From assembly GCA_963750165.1 (NCBI GenBank), contig CAVVPN010000011.1, forward strand, positions 864,001-928,000: DNA of 64,000 nt, given 5' to 3'. This document shows, one piece after another, positions 41,687 to 52,155 of this stretch. The position numbers and the translations under genes were made by a program. Under the pieces are notes generated by a model that saw only the letters and a list, made by a program, of their open reading frames with translations, searched no databases and was not told the origin of the DNA. This DNA is from an uncultured Gemmataceae bacterium. GTDB lineage: Bacteria > Planctomycetota > Planctomycetia > Gemmatales > Gemmataceae. The first letter of the stretch is position 1. The number at the start of each line of letters is the position of its first letter.

Positions 41687-42707
41687 ATGATGGCAACTAT
41701 TTTCAAAACCTCAGGGCGGTTTATGGGCAGCGGCTTTGTGGTTGTGGTGGCGACGCTGTCACCCTGGTTGGTCGGGCCAGTTTCCCTTGGCGGAGATGCC
41801 AAGGGACAGGACCGGGTGGTGATGGCGTTGGAGAAAGCCGGGTGGGAGGTGCAACTGGGCAAAGAATTTGACGGCTCCCTGGTCTGCGCGCTGAGGTTCC
41901 AACGCGAGAAACCAGACGACGACGACTTGGTACACCTCAGAGAAGCCCGAAAGTTGCCGCACTCCCTATACCTAATCCTGGCGAGGAGCAAGATTAGCGA
42001 CCAAGGACTGTCGCATGTGTCGAGACTTACCAACCTCAAAAAGTTGAGCCTTTTCGACACCCGCATCGGTGACCAAGGGGTGGCGCGCTTGAAGAAACTA
42101 TCACATTTGCAGAGACTATCTCTCGGGGGAACGGATATTTCAGACCAAAGTTTGGAATACATCAAAGAACTGAAAGCACTGCTCCATCTTGATTTGTCCT
42201 CGACAAAGGTTTCCGACAAGGGGTTATCTCATCTGCGCGCTTACGAGACTGGAATCCATCGATTTGCAGCAAACATCTGTGACTGACGATGGATTGATGC
42301 ACTTGAAGGATTGTAAAGACATGGTGTTCCTCAGCATCCCGTTTACCAAGGTGAACGGAGTTGGTTTTCAAATGTTTGGCGAAATGAAACGACTGCAGAT
42401 TCTTGACCTTCGTAGCACTAAGATCACGGATGAATCTCTGCATCATTGTACCCACCTCACTAAGCTGGAAGTCCTATTACTTGACGAAACTCCGATTGGG
42501 AATGCGGGGTTGGCGCACGTCGGCAAGTTGAAGAGCCTGAGGCGGCTCTCCCTCTCTGGAACGAAAATTACGGACAAGGGACTTCCCTCGTTGTACAGGT
42601 TGCGGATTTTGCAAGAGTTGAATTTGTCCGCCACAAGTGTGTCCGCAGATGCGATTCGGTTGCTCAAGGAAAAGTTGGGGGCGGATGTGAAGATCGCCGC
42701 TCCGTGA
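41687..42707 (+). CDS. Leucine-rich-repeat protein, candidate immunity protein; frameshift near 42235
   Basis: Repeats of LxxLxLxxTxIxDxGLxxL across ORFs 41687-42286 and 42189-42707; hydrophobic N-terminus. Confidence 0.8.
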
Positions 42708-42758
42708 AGGATTCTGTGCTTAGGTCCCGTGTCAATACCCCCCTAATTCGGCGCCAAC

Positions 42759-43029
42759 CCGCCGTGGGCGAAGGTGCGGCTGCCGAAGTGGTGGACGAAC
42801 AGGTCCTTGCACACCGCCAGCGTGAACCCCACCCCTGCGCTCTCGCCACCCTCGCACCAGCCAGGGCGCCAAGCCCACTTCCCCCTTTTTCCCTCCGCCA
42901 CGCCCCTAGCCACTACAGCACGCTGAAACCGACGCGATACCGGCCGAGGGCGAAGAAACCGCTTGACCGAGCCGTCGGGCCGATCTACGGTCGGTCTCAT
43001 GCGGACGACTCTTAACTCCATTTCCAATC
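42759..43029. repeat. Repeat A, copy 1 (271 bp)
   Basis: Near-identical to 49356-49626 (about 3 mismatches seen); minus strand encodes a GT2-like tail LAVCKDLFVHHFGSRTF. Confidence 0.9.
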
Positions 43030-43153
43030 AGCCTTTTCGCGCTGCGAGTGCCGAGTCGTCCGCAAACCTCTTTGCGCCCGTAGCGCCGAGGTGCTGGAGC
43101 AAGCATAGGGAGGGAGCATGACCACAGCCCCATTTCAGGAAAGCGGAAAAAGG

Positions 43154-43309
43154 GACATTCATCATTTCCAAACCTGAACGTCCTGGGTTCCGCTGCGCGG
43201 CCGGCAAGGCGCTCAAGGTAGGGGTTCGTAAATGGTTGAGCGCCTTGCGTCCTCGAAAAGCTTCACAACGGTAGCGCCCGGCACGCAAAGACTTCACTGG
43301 ACACGCTCA
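43154..43309. repeat. Repeat B, copy 1 (156 bp, with internal hairpin)
   Basis: Colinear with 49153-49308; 13-bp IR GCAAGGCGCTCAA/TTGAGCGCCTTGC at 43204-43248. Confidence 0.85.
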
Positions 43310-43325
43310 TCCGCCCTGCGCCGCT

Positions 43326-46300
43326 TGACCGTGACCATCGACGCGCTGTCGGCCCGCTCCACGAGTCTGTACGACGCGCAGGGCAACCTGACGGGCACGC
43401 AGGACTTCAACGGCACGCTCACGGCCTACCTGTTCGACACGCTCAACCGCGCCAGCGTCGCCATCGACGGCAACGGCGGCCGCACCACCACCCTGTATGA
43501 TTCCGCCGGGAATGTCACGGGGGTGGACGACAGCGACGGCCACCTGACGCAGTACCTGCTCGACGCCGACGGCCGCGTCACCGGCACCGTCTACTTCGAC
43601 GGCCTGCGGACCACCACGGTGTACGACGCGGCGGGGAACGTCACGCTGCAGACCGACATCTACAGCCGCGCCACGACGATGCAGTACGACGCGCTGAACC
43701 GCGTGACCCTGAGCGTGGACGCGGAACACACGACCACCAACCTGTACGACGCCGCCGGCAACCTGACGGGCACCTACGACTACGGCGGCAACCTGATGGC
43801 GTACCTGTACGACGGCCTGAACCGCGTCACGCTCAGCATCGACGGCGGCGGCCACAGCACGACGACGCTGTACGACCACGCCGGCAACGCCACCAGCGTC
43901 GACGTCGGCGGCGACCAGACCCAGTACCTCTTCGACAACCTGAACCGGGCCACGGTGACCATCGACGCGCTGGGCCAGCGCACCACCAGCGTCTTCGACG
44001 CGGCGGGCAACCTGACGGAAATGACCGACCCGGACCTGAACGTCACCACCTTCACCTACGACGCCGACGAGCGCCAGGTGACGCAGACCGACCCGTTCGG
44101 GCACACCACCACCTACGCCTACAACGCCGCCGGGCTGCTGACCGACACGACCGACCGGCTGGGCCGGCAGATCCAGTACAGTTACGACGCCGACGACCGC
44201 GTGACGGGGCAGACCTGGGTCGCCTCCGACGGCACCACGGTGGACCAGCTGCTGACCTTCACCTACGACGGCGACGGCAACGAGTTGACATCGCAGAGCG
44301 CCAGCGGCACGTACACGCTGAGCTACGACGGGCTGGGCCGGGTGACGGGGGTGCTGGAGCCGTTCAGCCAGCGGCTGACGTTCAGCTACGACGCGCGCGG
44401 CAACCGCACGGTGGTGCAGGACAGCCAGGGCGGCTTGACGACCTCGACGTATGACGACAACAACCAGTTGGTGGAGCTGGACCAGACGACGAGCGGGTCG
44501 GCGCCGCTGCGCGTCAACCTGACGTACAACCAGTTGGGGCAGAACGAGGGCATCACGCGCTACAACAGCCTGGACGGGCTGGCGACCGAGGTGGTGGCCT
44601 CGACCAGCATCACCTACGACGTGTACGGGCGGGAGACCAACATCCACCAGGTAGACGGCAGCGGCACGAACCTCACCAACGTCACGTACACCTATGACGC
44701 GCAGGGGTGGGTGAGTACGCAGACGCGCGACAGCACCACGGTGACGTACACCTACGACGCCGACGGGCAGCTGACGGGGGACGGCGCCACCACGGTGACG
44801 TACGACGACAACGGCAACCGCAACAACGGCTCGAACACGCCGGGCACGGCCAACCAACTGACGACGGACGGGACGTGGGACTACACCTACGACCTGGAGG
44901 GCAACGAGACCAAGAAGGTGAACGTCGGCACCGGCGAGACCTGGACTTACGGCTACGACGAGCGCAACGAACTGCAGTGGGCGGACGACCGGGTTACGGA
45001 CGGGGGCACCTTGATTTCGCAGACGACGTTCGAGTATGATGCGCACGGCAACCGGATCGAGCAGGAGGTGCAGGACGGCAGCGGGACCTCGGTGCAGCAG
45101 TACGCGCTGGACGGCTGGAACCCGGCGCTGGCGGGGGCCACGGGGAACGCCAACTGGAACGTGTGGGCCGACATCGACGGGCTGAAGCTGGAGCTGGAGT
45201 CGAAGTACCTGCGCGGCGACGGGGTGGACCAAATCTTCGCGCGGGTGGATAAGACCCTCTCGACGTACACGCCGTACTGGACGCTGACGGACCACCTGGG
45301 GTCGGTGATCGCGGTGACGGACGACAGCGGCACCGTGCAGGCGAGCGTCCACTACGACGGCTGGGGCAAGGCCACGATCACGGGGAGCGACACGGCGGCG
45401 CTGGGCCGCTACCAGTGGACCGGGCGCGAGTACGACGCCGAGACGAAGCTGCAGTACAACCGGGCACGCTACTACGACGCCGGCACCGGGCGCTGGATGA
45501 GCCAGGACCCGCTGGGGTTCGACGCGGGGGATAGCAACCTGTATCGGTATGTGAGTAACTCCCCTGTGGAATCAACTGATCCCGCTGGCTTGAAGCCGTT
45601 CATTCCCAGAACCGTGGACAATTTCGGGGTTATAGTTACAACAAACATCGACGGAAAGGTGTACAGGAACGACCGTTTGGATCCGAAAAAAACCGGTGGT
45701 TTTGGTGGGGAAGTTATTGTATCCCCCAATGCTCTCGTTGACGGCAAAACCAAAGTGGCATTCGTTGCTTACAACAACAACACGCAGGCCGAAAATGTGA
45801 GGTGGATTCAATTGTTCAGAATCTATATCAGGCCTGTGATCAAGGCGAAAGTTGGGGGTAAGGACATCGAAGTGCTTGGGAAGGGGACGGTCAAACTCGC
45901 AATTCCTGACTTTACTGGAAACTGGGGGAAGCCATTCCTTACTTCTGCATACGATCGTGACGCTCCTGCAAATAACACTTTCAAGTATTACGTCGATGTC
46001 GTCGCCAAAGACGCAAAGTCGCCTTATTACTTTGATGATACAGAGGGAAAGGGCCGGACTTATCTTGGCAAATATGGGGGCACATTGAGTTGGATCGCGG
46101 ATACACCTACGATCGTGGATAGGTGGGCGAAGCTATTGAAAGACCTCCAGAATCAACGTGGGCAACTTCCGAAAGGGGTTCAGACGAACGTTGTGTGGAT
46201 GCAATTTGATGATTTTGCCGTTTCTGCAAAAACAAATGAAGCCTTCGCTCATGTTGGCTGGGCGGCTTACAGCAGTCTTGATAACATCGGACAAAAGAAC

Positions 46301-47870
46301 CTCGTGGATGAAATGGATGGCAACAATAAAACGTTGATGCTTGATGGCACCAGGAATATCATTAGGCAGCCGTTCAAAATTAGTCCGCAGCTTACACCTG
46401 GGTGCTGATGTTAGAATATTGTCCAACGTGGCTTGATGGTGTAATTCCAACTGGGGCAGACGGCATGCCTTTGGAGGCGCCACGTCTGCATTTCTGCGTC
46501 CGGCACCTTGACCCCCTTCGCGTACTCCGCGTCCAGCAACGTCGCACGTACCGCCCAACCGGCGTCCGTCTCCGTGCCCCGGATGCAGGCCAACAGCGTC
46601 TCCACGGTTCGCAGCGGCTCCCCCGCCCAGTTGACGCTGATGCGGCTGAACAGCCGGTGCTCCACCGGGTTCCACTTCGACGCCCCCCGCGGGTAATGGC
46701 ACACCGTCACCCACAGCCCCCAGCGGTCGGCCAACTCCTCCTGGAGGCGCTGTTTCCACAACCGCACGCGGCAACTGTTGCTCCCGCCCGCGTCGCACAG
46801 GATCAGCAACTCGTCGGCCTGCGGGTACCACAGCCGTCCCTCGCCGCGCCACCACCGGCCGATCACGTCCCCCGCGAACGCCGCGGTGTCGGCGGACAAC
46901 CCCACGTAGACATGGCCGCGGTCCTGGCGCACGTCGTAGACCCCGTAGGGGACGGCCCGGCCCAAGGCGTCGTCCAGGAAGTCGTGGGCGTTGACCTCCG
47001 TGGCGCGCCGGCACCACTGCCGCCCTGCATTCTTGAAGTTGCCGATCAACTCCTTTTTCTTGCTGTCCACGCTGATCACCGGCTGGCCGAGGATGGCGAA
47101 GCGGCGCCGCTGCCCGGCGATGTACGCGAACTGCCGGTCCCGGTCTGGGTGAGGCGGGCCGGTGAAGCGCTTGCGGTTGGCCTTGAGCGAATAGCCCAGG
47201 TCGTCCAACAGGCGATAGACCGTGGCGGGGCTGACGGCGAAGCCTTGGCCTTGCAACCGCGTGCTCAGGTAGGCGACGCTGTGGCGCACCCACTTCTGAC
47301 AGGTTTGCGGGCTGCCGGCGGTCTGCTCCTCAACCAGCTGCCTCAAAGCGTTCATGAGGCCCGGCACTTTTTTTTCACAGCGGGCCGTCCTGCCCCGGGC
47401 CGGCGGATGCGATCCGGGGGGCAGTCCCGCAGGGAGTCCTCGAGTTCCCGGCGACCGCGCCGGATGGTTTCCACGTTCAGGCCGGTGATGAGGGACAGTA
47501 GGCGGTCGCCGCCGCGGCCGACCTTCTGGGACTCCCAGGCTGCCAACCACCGGCGTTGGTGCTCATCCAACCGGCTCAGGAGAAGGTTGAGCCGGTAATG
47601 GAGGGCGCGTTCGGGGTGGTCCGCACCTTGTCGGCAGTGAGGGCATTGGCATTGGTGGATGTCCACGGCTCTGCCTCCCTTCCAAACCAGGCCCCCGGTT
47701 GGGCCAGGGTTATTGTAGAAGGGAACTGCGGATTAATTTTGAAACGTTGCCTTACTTTCGCCCCCACCCCAATCAAGGCGAATGACATCAACGCATTCCA
47801 GGACGCAATGATGCCAAGCGGAAAAACATTAAAAGACTCCTTTTCAATCGGATGGAGCCGATTGAAATGA
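43326..47870 (+). CDS. Orphan Rhs module 2 with a different C-terminal domain, interrupted by ISAzo13
   Basis: YD repeats and a core highly similar to module 1, ending DPAGL; removing the IS and one TTA copy restores ...RNIITFAPTPIK...WSRLK*. Confidence 0.88.
46365..47751 (-). mobile_element. ISAzo13-family insertion sequence
   Basis: Imperfect ~26-bp IRs GGCA....TTCAAAATTA.TCCGCAG; 3-bp TSD TTA. Confidence 0.88.
46411..47666 (-). CDS. ISAzo13 transposase, two ORFs joined by a -1 frameshift
   Basis: A_AAA_AAG slippery site at 47367-47375; PVISVDSKKKELIGNFKN, HDF, DAGGSN, SKWNPVEHRLFS, WNYTI. Confidence 0.9.
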
Positions 47871-47971
47871 GTGCAGCAGCCTCTAAACAATTTCAGGAGG
47901 TTCCGGCGAATCAAATGCCATTCAGCAAAGAACCAGATGTTCCTTGTTTCCAAAGCAACTGAGGTACACTA

Positions 47972-49027
47972 ATGCATCTTTTTCTTATCTGTTTGTTTTT
48001 CTTGTGCCGCCTCGTCGATGTGTATTCGAGTGCAAAGCCTCCTGCACCAGCAGTTTCATTGAATTTGGGTGCCGAAGTTTATTCAATTTCATGGCGCTGG
48101 GATCGAACAATTGCGGTATTAGTAAAAAGTGGGCAAATCCACGTCGCGAATCTGACCAATCAGAACAAATATACCATGAACCCGTTCAATGGCGAGTTGT
48201 CAGCTCGCCGGATGATTGCGTTTAGCCCGGATGGCAGGATGCTTGCTATGTGCGGGAATCAAGCAGAAGTCTGTGTGTTGGAATTTTATTCCGGAAAAAT
48301 GCGCCACAATCTATTGGGTCACGACAGAAACAGCACGGTCATTTGCGTTGCATTTTCACAGGACGGAAAGCTGCTTGCATCGGCAGGATCGGATCACACA
48401 ATCAGAGTATGGGATGCATTGACAGGAAAAGAATTATCATGCTTGAAGGGCCATGAGTCCTTTATTTGCGACGTTACGTTCGCCGATAATGGGCTTTTGG
48501 TTTCAGCAAGTCATGATAATACTATTAAGGTTTGGCAACCGCTCAATGGCAGTGAAATTGCTACGCTCAAAGGCCACTGCCATAATGTTGTGTCCGTTGC
48601 AGCTTCGGTCAATTCCAAGGTGATCTTGTCAGGCTCGCACGATAATACGATTAAAGTGTGGAGTACTACGACGAAGAAAGAGCTCTACACATTTCATAAA
48701 CATCGCAGCACTCCGTATAGCATCGCGTGCTCGCCCACAACACCAATTGCTGCTTCAGGAAGTGAAGACGGCGTGGTGCGGATTTGGGACATCAAAACTG
48801 GCAAAGAAATCACCAACTTGAAGCACTCTGGCACGGTTAATTCAGTGTGCTTTTCACTGGACGGACAGTTTCTTGCCACTGGATCTTCGGATGGTACAGT
48901 GAGGATCTGGAATGTTAGATCTTTCCTTGAAGAAAGAAAAAGTGTTAGGACCGAATGGCACAGGGACGAAAAGGGGACGAAGGGGACGGGCACATTAAAC
49001 AGGGAAAACAAAGGGGGCGGGAGCTAG
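47972..49027 (+). CDS. WD40-repeat protein with signal peptide, candidate immunity protein
   Basis: GH...VAFS.DG..LASAG.D.TIRVWD repeats; lower GC, like the adjacent toxin tail. Confidence 0.85.
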   Translation: MHLFLICLFFLCRLVDVYSSAKPPAPAVSLNLGAEVYSISWRWDRTIAVLVKSGQIHVANLTNQNKYTMNPFNGELSARRMIAFSPDGRMLAMCGNQAEVCVLEFYSGKMRHNLLGHDRNSTVICVAFSQDGKLLASAGSDHTIRVWDALTGKELSCLKGHESFICDVTFADNGLLVSASHDNTIKVWQPLNGSEIATLKGHCHNVVSVAASVNSKVILSGSHDNTIKVWSTTTKKELYTFHKHRSTPYSIACSPTTPIAASGSEDGVVRIWDIKTGKEITNLKHSGTVNSVCFSLDGQFLATGSSDGTVRIWNVRSFLEERKSVRTEWHRDEKGTKGTGTLNRENKGGGS

Positions 49028-49035
49028 AGGGGAAA

Positions 49036-49107
49036 GCGACTGTCTTGAAATGCCGGGGTTGTTATGCTCGAGAGATAGCGAAAACCCCGGCATTTCAAGA
49101 CAGTCGC
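49036..49107. repeat. 25-bp perfect inverted repeat with a 22-nt loop
   Basis: GCGACTGTCTTGAAATGCCGGGGTT and AACCCCGGCATTTCAAGACAGTCGC. Confidence 0.9.
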
Positions 49108-49152
49108 CTTTGAGTTCGCCCCTCCAACACCAGGTCGGCGAACATACAAGGT

Positions 49153-49308
49153 GACATTCATCATTTCCAATCCTGCACGGCCTGGATTCCGCTGCGCGGC
49201 CGGCAAGGCGCTCACGGCAGGGGTTCGTAAATGGTTGAGCGCCTTGCGTCCCCGATAGGCTCCACAACGGTAGCGCCTGGCACGCACAGACTTCACGGGA
49301 CCCGCTCA
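49153..49308. repeat. Repeat B, copy 2
   Basis: Colinear with 43154-43309; hairpin retained. Confidence 0.85.
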
Positions 49309-49355
49309 ATCGTCCTGCATCAGTACTGCGTCAGCGGTCTCCGGCCGGTGCCGAA

Positions 49356-49626
49356 CCGCCGTGGGCGAAAGTGCGGCTGCCGAAGTGGTGGACGAAGAGG
49401 TCCTTGCACACCGCCAGCGTGAACCCCGCCCCTGCGCTCTCGCCACCCTCGCACCAGCCAGGGCGCCAAGCCCACTTCCCCCTTTTTCCCTCCGCCACGC
49501 CCCTAGCCACTACAGCACGCTGAAACCGACGCGATACCGGCCGAGGGCGAAGAAACCGCTTGACCGAGCCGTCGGGCCGATCTACGGTCGGTCTCATGCG
49601 GACGACTCTTAACTCCATTTCCAATC
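49356..49626. repeat. Repeat A, copy 2
   Basis: Near-identical to 42759-43029; ends exactly at the IS66 terminus. Confidence 0.9.
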
Positions 49627-49732
49627 GTAAGCGCCCGGCCAATCACGTCGATTTGCCAAAAGCAAACGGCGTCCGCCCGTGGATCACTGCGATCCGCAGG
49701 CTGACGCCGTGTTTTTCTGGCTCCGTGTTTAC

Positions 49733-51314
49733 TCACCCGGCCCGGGCGGCACTGCCCGGTGATTCCCGGCCACGTCGCAGGAGCCACCGATCTGGCAGCC
49801 AGTCCAGTAATTGCTCTGCCGTTGGCTGCTCTCCCAACGCGAACATCCCCGGCAGCGCCTCGCGCAGATACCCGAACGGGTCGATGCCCAGGTGCTTACA
49901 CGTCCCTACCAGCGTGTGCAGCACCGCCGCCGTCTGACCCCCGGCCTCACTACCGAGCACGCCCCAGTTGTTCCGACCCAGGGCGATGGCCCGTAGCGTC
50001 CGCTCGCTCAGATTGTTGTCGATGGCCAGATACCCTTGCTCCAGGTAACGCGCCAGCGCCGCCCAGTTGTTCAAGGCATAGCCGATGGCCTGACCCAGCG
50101 CCGTCTTGGGCAAGGCCCGCGGACGCTCCTCGTCCAGCCACTGCTTCAGTGCGGCCAGGATCGGTTCGGCTTGCTGCTGGCGGCGCTGCCGGCGTTGCTC
50201 TTCGCGCTGGCGGCGCTGTTCCCGGGTGGCCGGCTCGTCCGCGGGCGGCAGCAACAACGGCAGGTCGCGCTCGATGGCGTACAACTGCCGGATGCGTTCC
50301 AGAGCCGCGTCGGCACGCGCGTCGCCCCCTTCGGCGGCCGCCACGAACTTGCGGCGGGCGTGCGCCCAGCAGCAGACGTGCTTGACCTTGTCCGCGCCGT
50401 ACAGCCCTTCGTACTGGGCCAGGGCGTCCGCCTGCAGATAGCCCCGGTAGCCTGCCAAAAAGGTCGTCGGCCCCGCCGCCGTGTAATCGGCGGTGAAGTC
50501 GAACACGGCATACGGGGAGTCGGCGTCGCCGATGCCCACCCACAGGTGCGCCTTGCGGGTCCGATCCGCCCCCGGCACGCGCAACTTCACCGTCGTGTCG
50601 TCGCCGTGGATCACCCGCGCGAGCAACAGGCGTTGGTGCATCAGCTGGTACAGCGGGTCGAGCAAAGCCGCTGCCCCGGCCAGCCAGTCGCCCAGCGTGG
50701 ACCGCGCCACGGTGACGCCGGAGCGACCGAGTTGCCCGGTCAGGCGGTGCAGCGGCGTGGGGTCGGCGAACTTGGCCGTGATGACGTGGGCCAACAGACC
50801 GGGGCCGCACAACCCCTTGGCGAGCGGCCCGACTTGCTCCGGCCCGGCCGTCTGCAAGCGCTGCTCGACCGGCACACAGGCCGGGTCGCAGTGCTGGCAG
50901 GCATAGGTCTTCTTGACGGTGCGGCGCACGAAGAAGCGGGCCGGCTCCAGGTCCAGTTGCTCGGCCGTTTGCGTACCGATGCACACCCGCCCTTGGCCGC
51001 AGCAAGGGCAGAGCTTCTCCGCCTCGGTCAAGTCGTGGACCACCTCGCGGCGCTCCAGGTGTTCGGGCAACGCGGCGCGGCCGTGCTCGTCGCGGCGTGG
51101 CTTGGGCTGGTCCTCGTCACGCGTCTTGGGCTGGGGCCGGCGGCGTTCCGAGCGGCGGCCGAAGCGGTGCTGGAGCGCCTGGTCGAGCTTGCTCTTGAGT
51201 TCCGCGTTCTCGGCGCAGCCGGGCCACTTCCGCGAGCAGTTCGCGGATCAGGGCTTGCAGCGCCGCCACGTCATCGGGCAACGGAGCATCGGGAGGGAAG
51301 GAGGAGGCGTCCAT
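49733..51314 (-). CDS. tnpC: IS66 transposase TnpC, frameshifted in the 5' part
   Basis: CPCCG...CQHC Zn finger; IHGDDT, YLQADA, CWAHARRKF, IDNNLSERTLR. Confidence 0.9.
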
Positions 51315-51354
51315 GCCTGGTGAAACCCCGGCGCAGCTGCCGGGTAGCGGTGGC

Positions 51355-51708
51355 TCAGCGCGGCGGCGTGAAGCGCTTGAAGCGGCGGACGCGGGACAGG
51401 TCGATGCCGTCGAGGATCATCTGGAACTGGCCGGCGGTCAAGGCGACGCTCGTGCTGTCGGCGGCTGCCTCGGGGAAGTGGTAGCGGCCCGCCTCCAGGC
51501 GCTGGCAGAACAGGCACAGGCCGTGCCCGCCCCAGTACAGCACCTTGAGGCGGTCGGCGTTCTTGTTGCGGAAGATGAAGAGGTGGCCGGACAGCGGGTC
51601 GGCCTGGAGGCGGTTGCGCACCAGGGCGAACAGGCCATCGAAGCCGAGGCGCATATCGACGGCATCGGGGCAGTACCACAGTTGAACGGCGGGAGAGAAG
51701 CTCAGCAC
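51355..51708 (-). CDS. tnpB: IS66 accessory protein TnpB
   Basis: VDMRLGFDGL, LFIFRNK..DRLKVLYW, RLEAGRY. Confidence 0.92.
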   Translation of the reverse strand: MLSFSPAVQLWYCPDAVDMRLGFDGLFALVRNRLQADPLSGHLFIFRNKNADRLKVLYWGGHGLCLFCQRLEAGRYHFPEAAADSTSVALTAGQFQMILDGIDLSRVRRFKRFTPPR

Positions 51709-52064
51709 GGCAGCACTCCCAACAAGCGGAGCAAGGAGCCGAGGGTGGCCGCATCGGCGCCAGGGCCGAGGCGCAGGACGGCGCCGCCGGGCAGGACCAA
51801 CTCGATGGCCGGGGTCTGGTCGGCGAGGCGCACGGGCAGCAAGCGCGGGCCGGCTTCCGGCCGGGAAAACTCTGGGCCGGCAGAGAGGTTCTGTGCGGCG
51901 AGGCGGCGCTTCCAGAGGTAAAAGGAGGCGACGGAGACGCCCTCGGCGGCGCAGAACTGAGCGGTGGTCAGGCCGGCGGCGGCGAAGCGGGCGAGGCGCT
52001 CGGCCCAGGTCTGGCGGACGGCGTCACGGGAGGCGCGGGGAGTGAGGGACTTCGGTCGGAGCAA
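51702..52064 (-). CDS. tnpA: IS66 accessory protein TnpA
   Basis: GLTTAQFCAAEGVSVASFYLWKRRL; IELVLPGG. Confidence 0.85.
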   Translation of the reverse strand: MLRPKSLTPRASRDAVRQTWAERLARFAAAGLTTAQFCAAEGVSVASFYLWKRRLAAQNLSAGPEFSRPEAGPRLLPVRLADQTPAIELVLPGGAVLRLGPGADAATLGSLLRLLGVLPC

Positions 52065-52155
52065 GAATCGGTTCGGACATGGGAGACCTCCAGAGGATCG
52101 GGCGACCCCTCCAAGGTACTCATCTCGTCAAGGACGTGATCCGCCGGGCGGGTAC

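Larger units (their letters stand above)
49627..52155 (-). mobile_element. IS66-family element
   Basis: Ends GTAAGCGCCCGGC and GTACCCGCCCGGC (reverse complement); tnpA-tnpB-tnpC order; no 8-bp TSD. Confidence 0.88.

Noticed and set aside
42743..43027. 94-aa and 103-aa ORFs within repeat A as real genes
   Set aside because: Only the last ~25 codons resemble a glycosyltransferase tail; the rest looks non-coding
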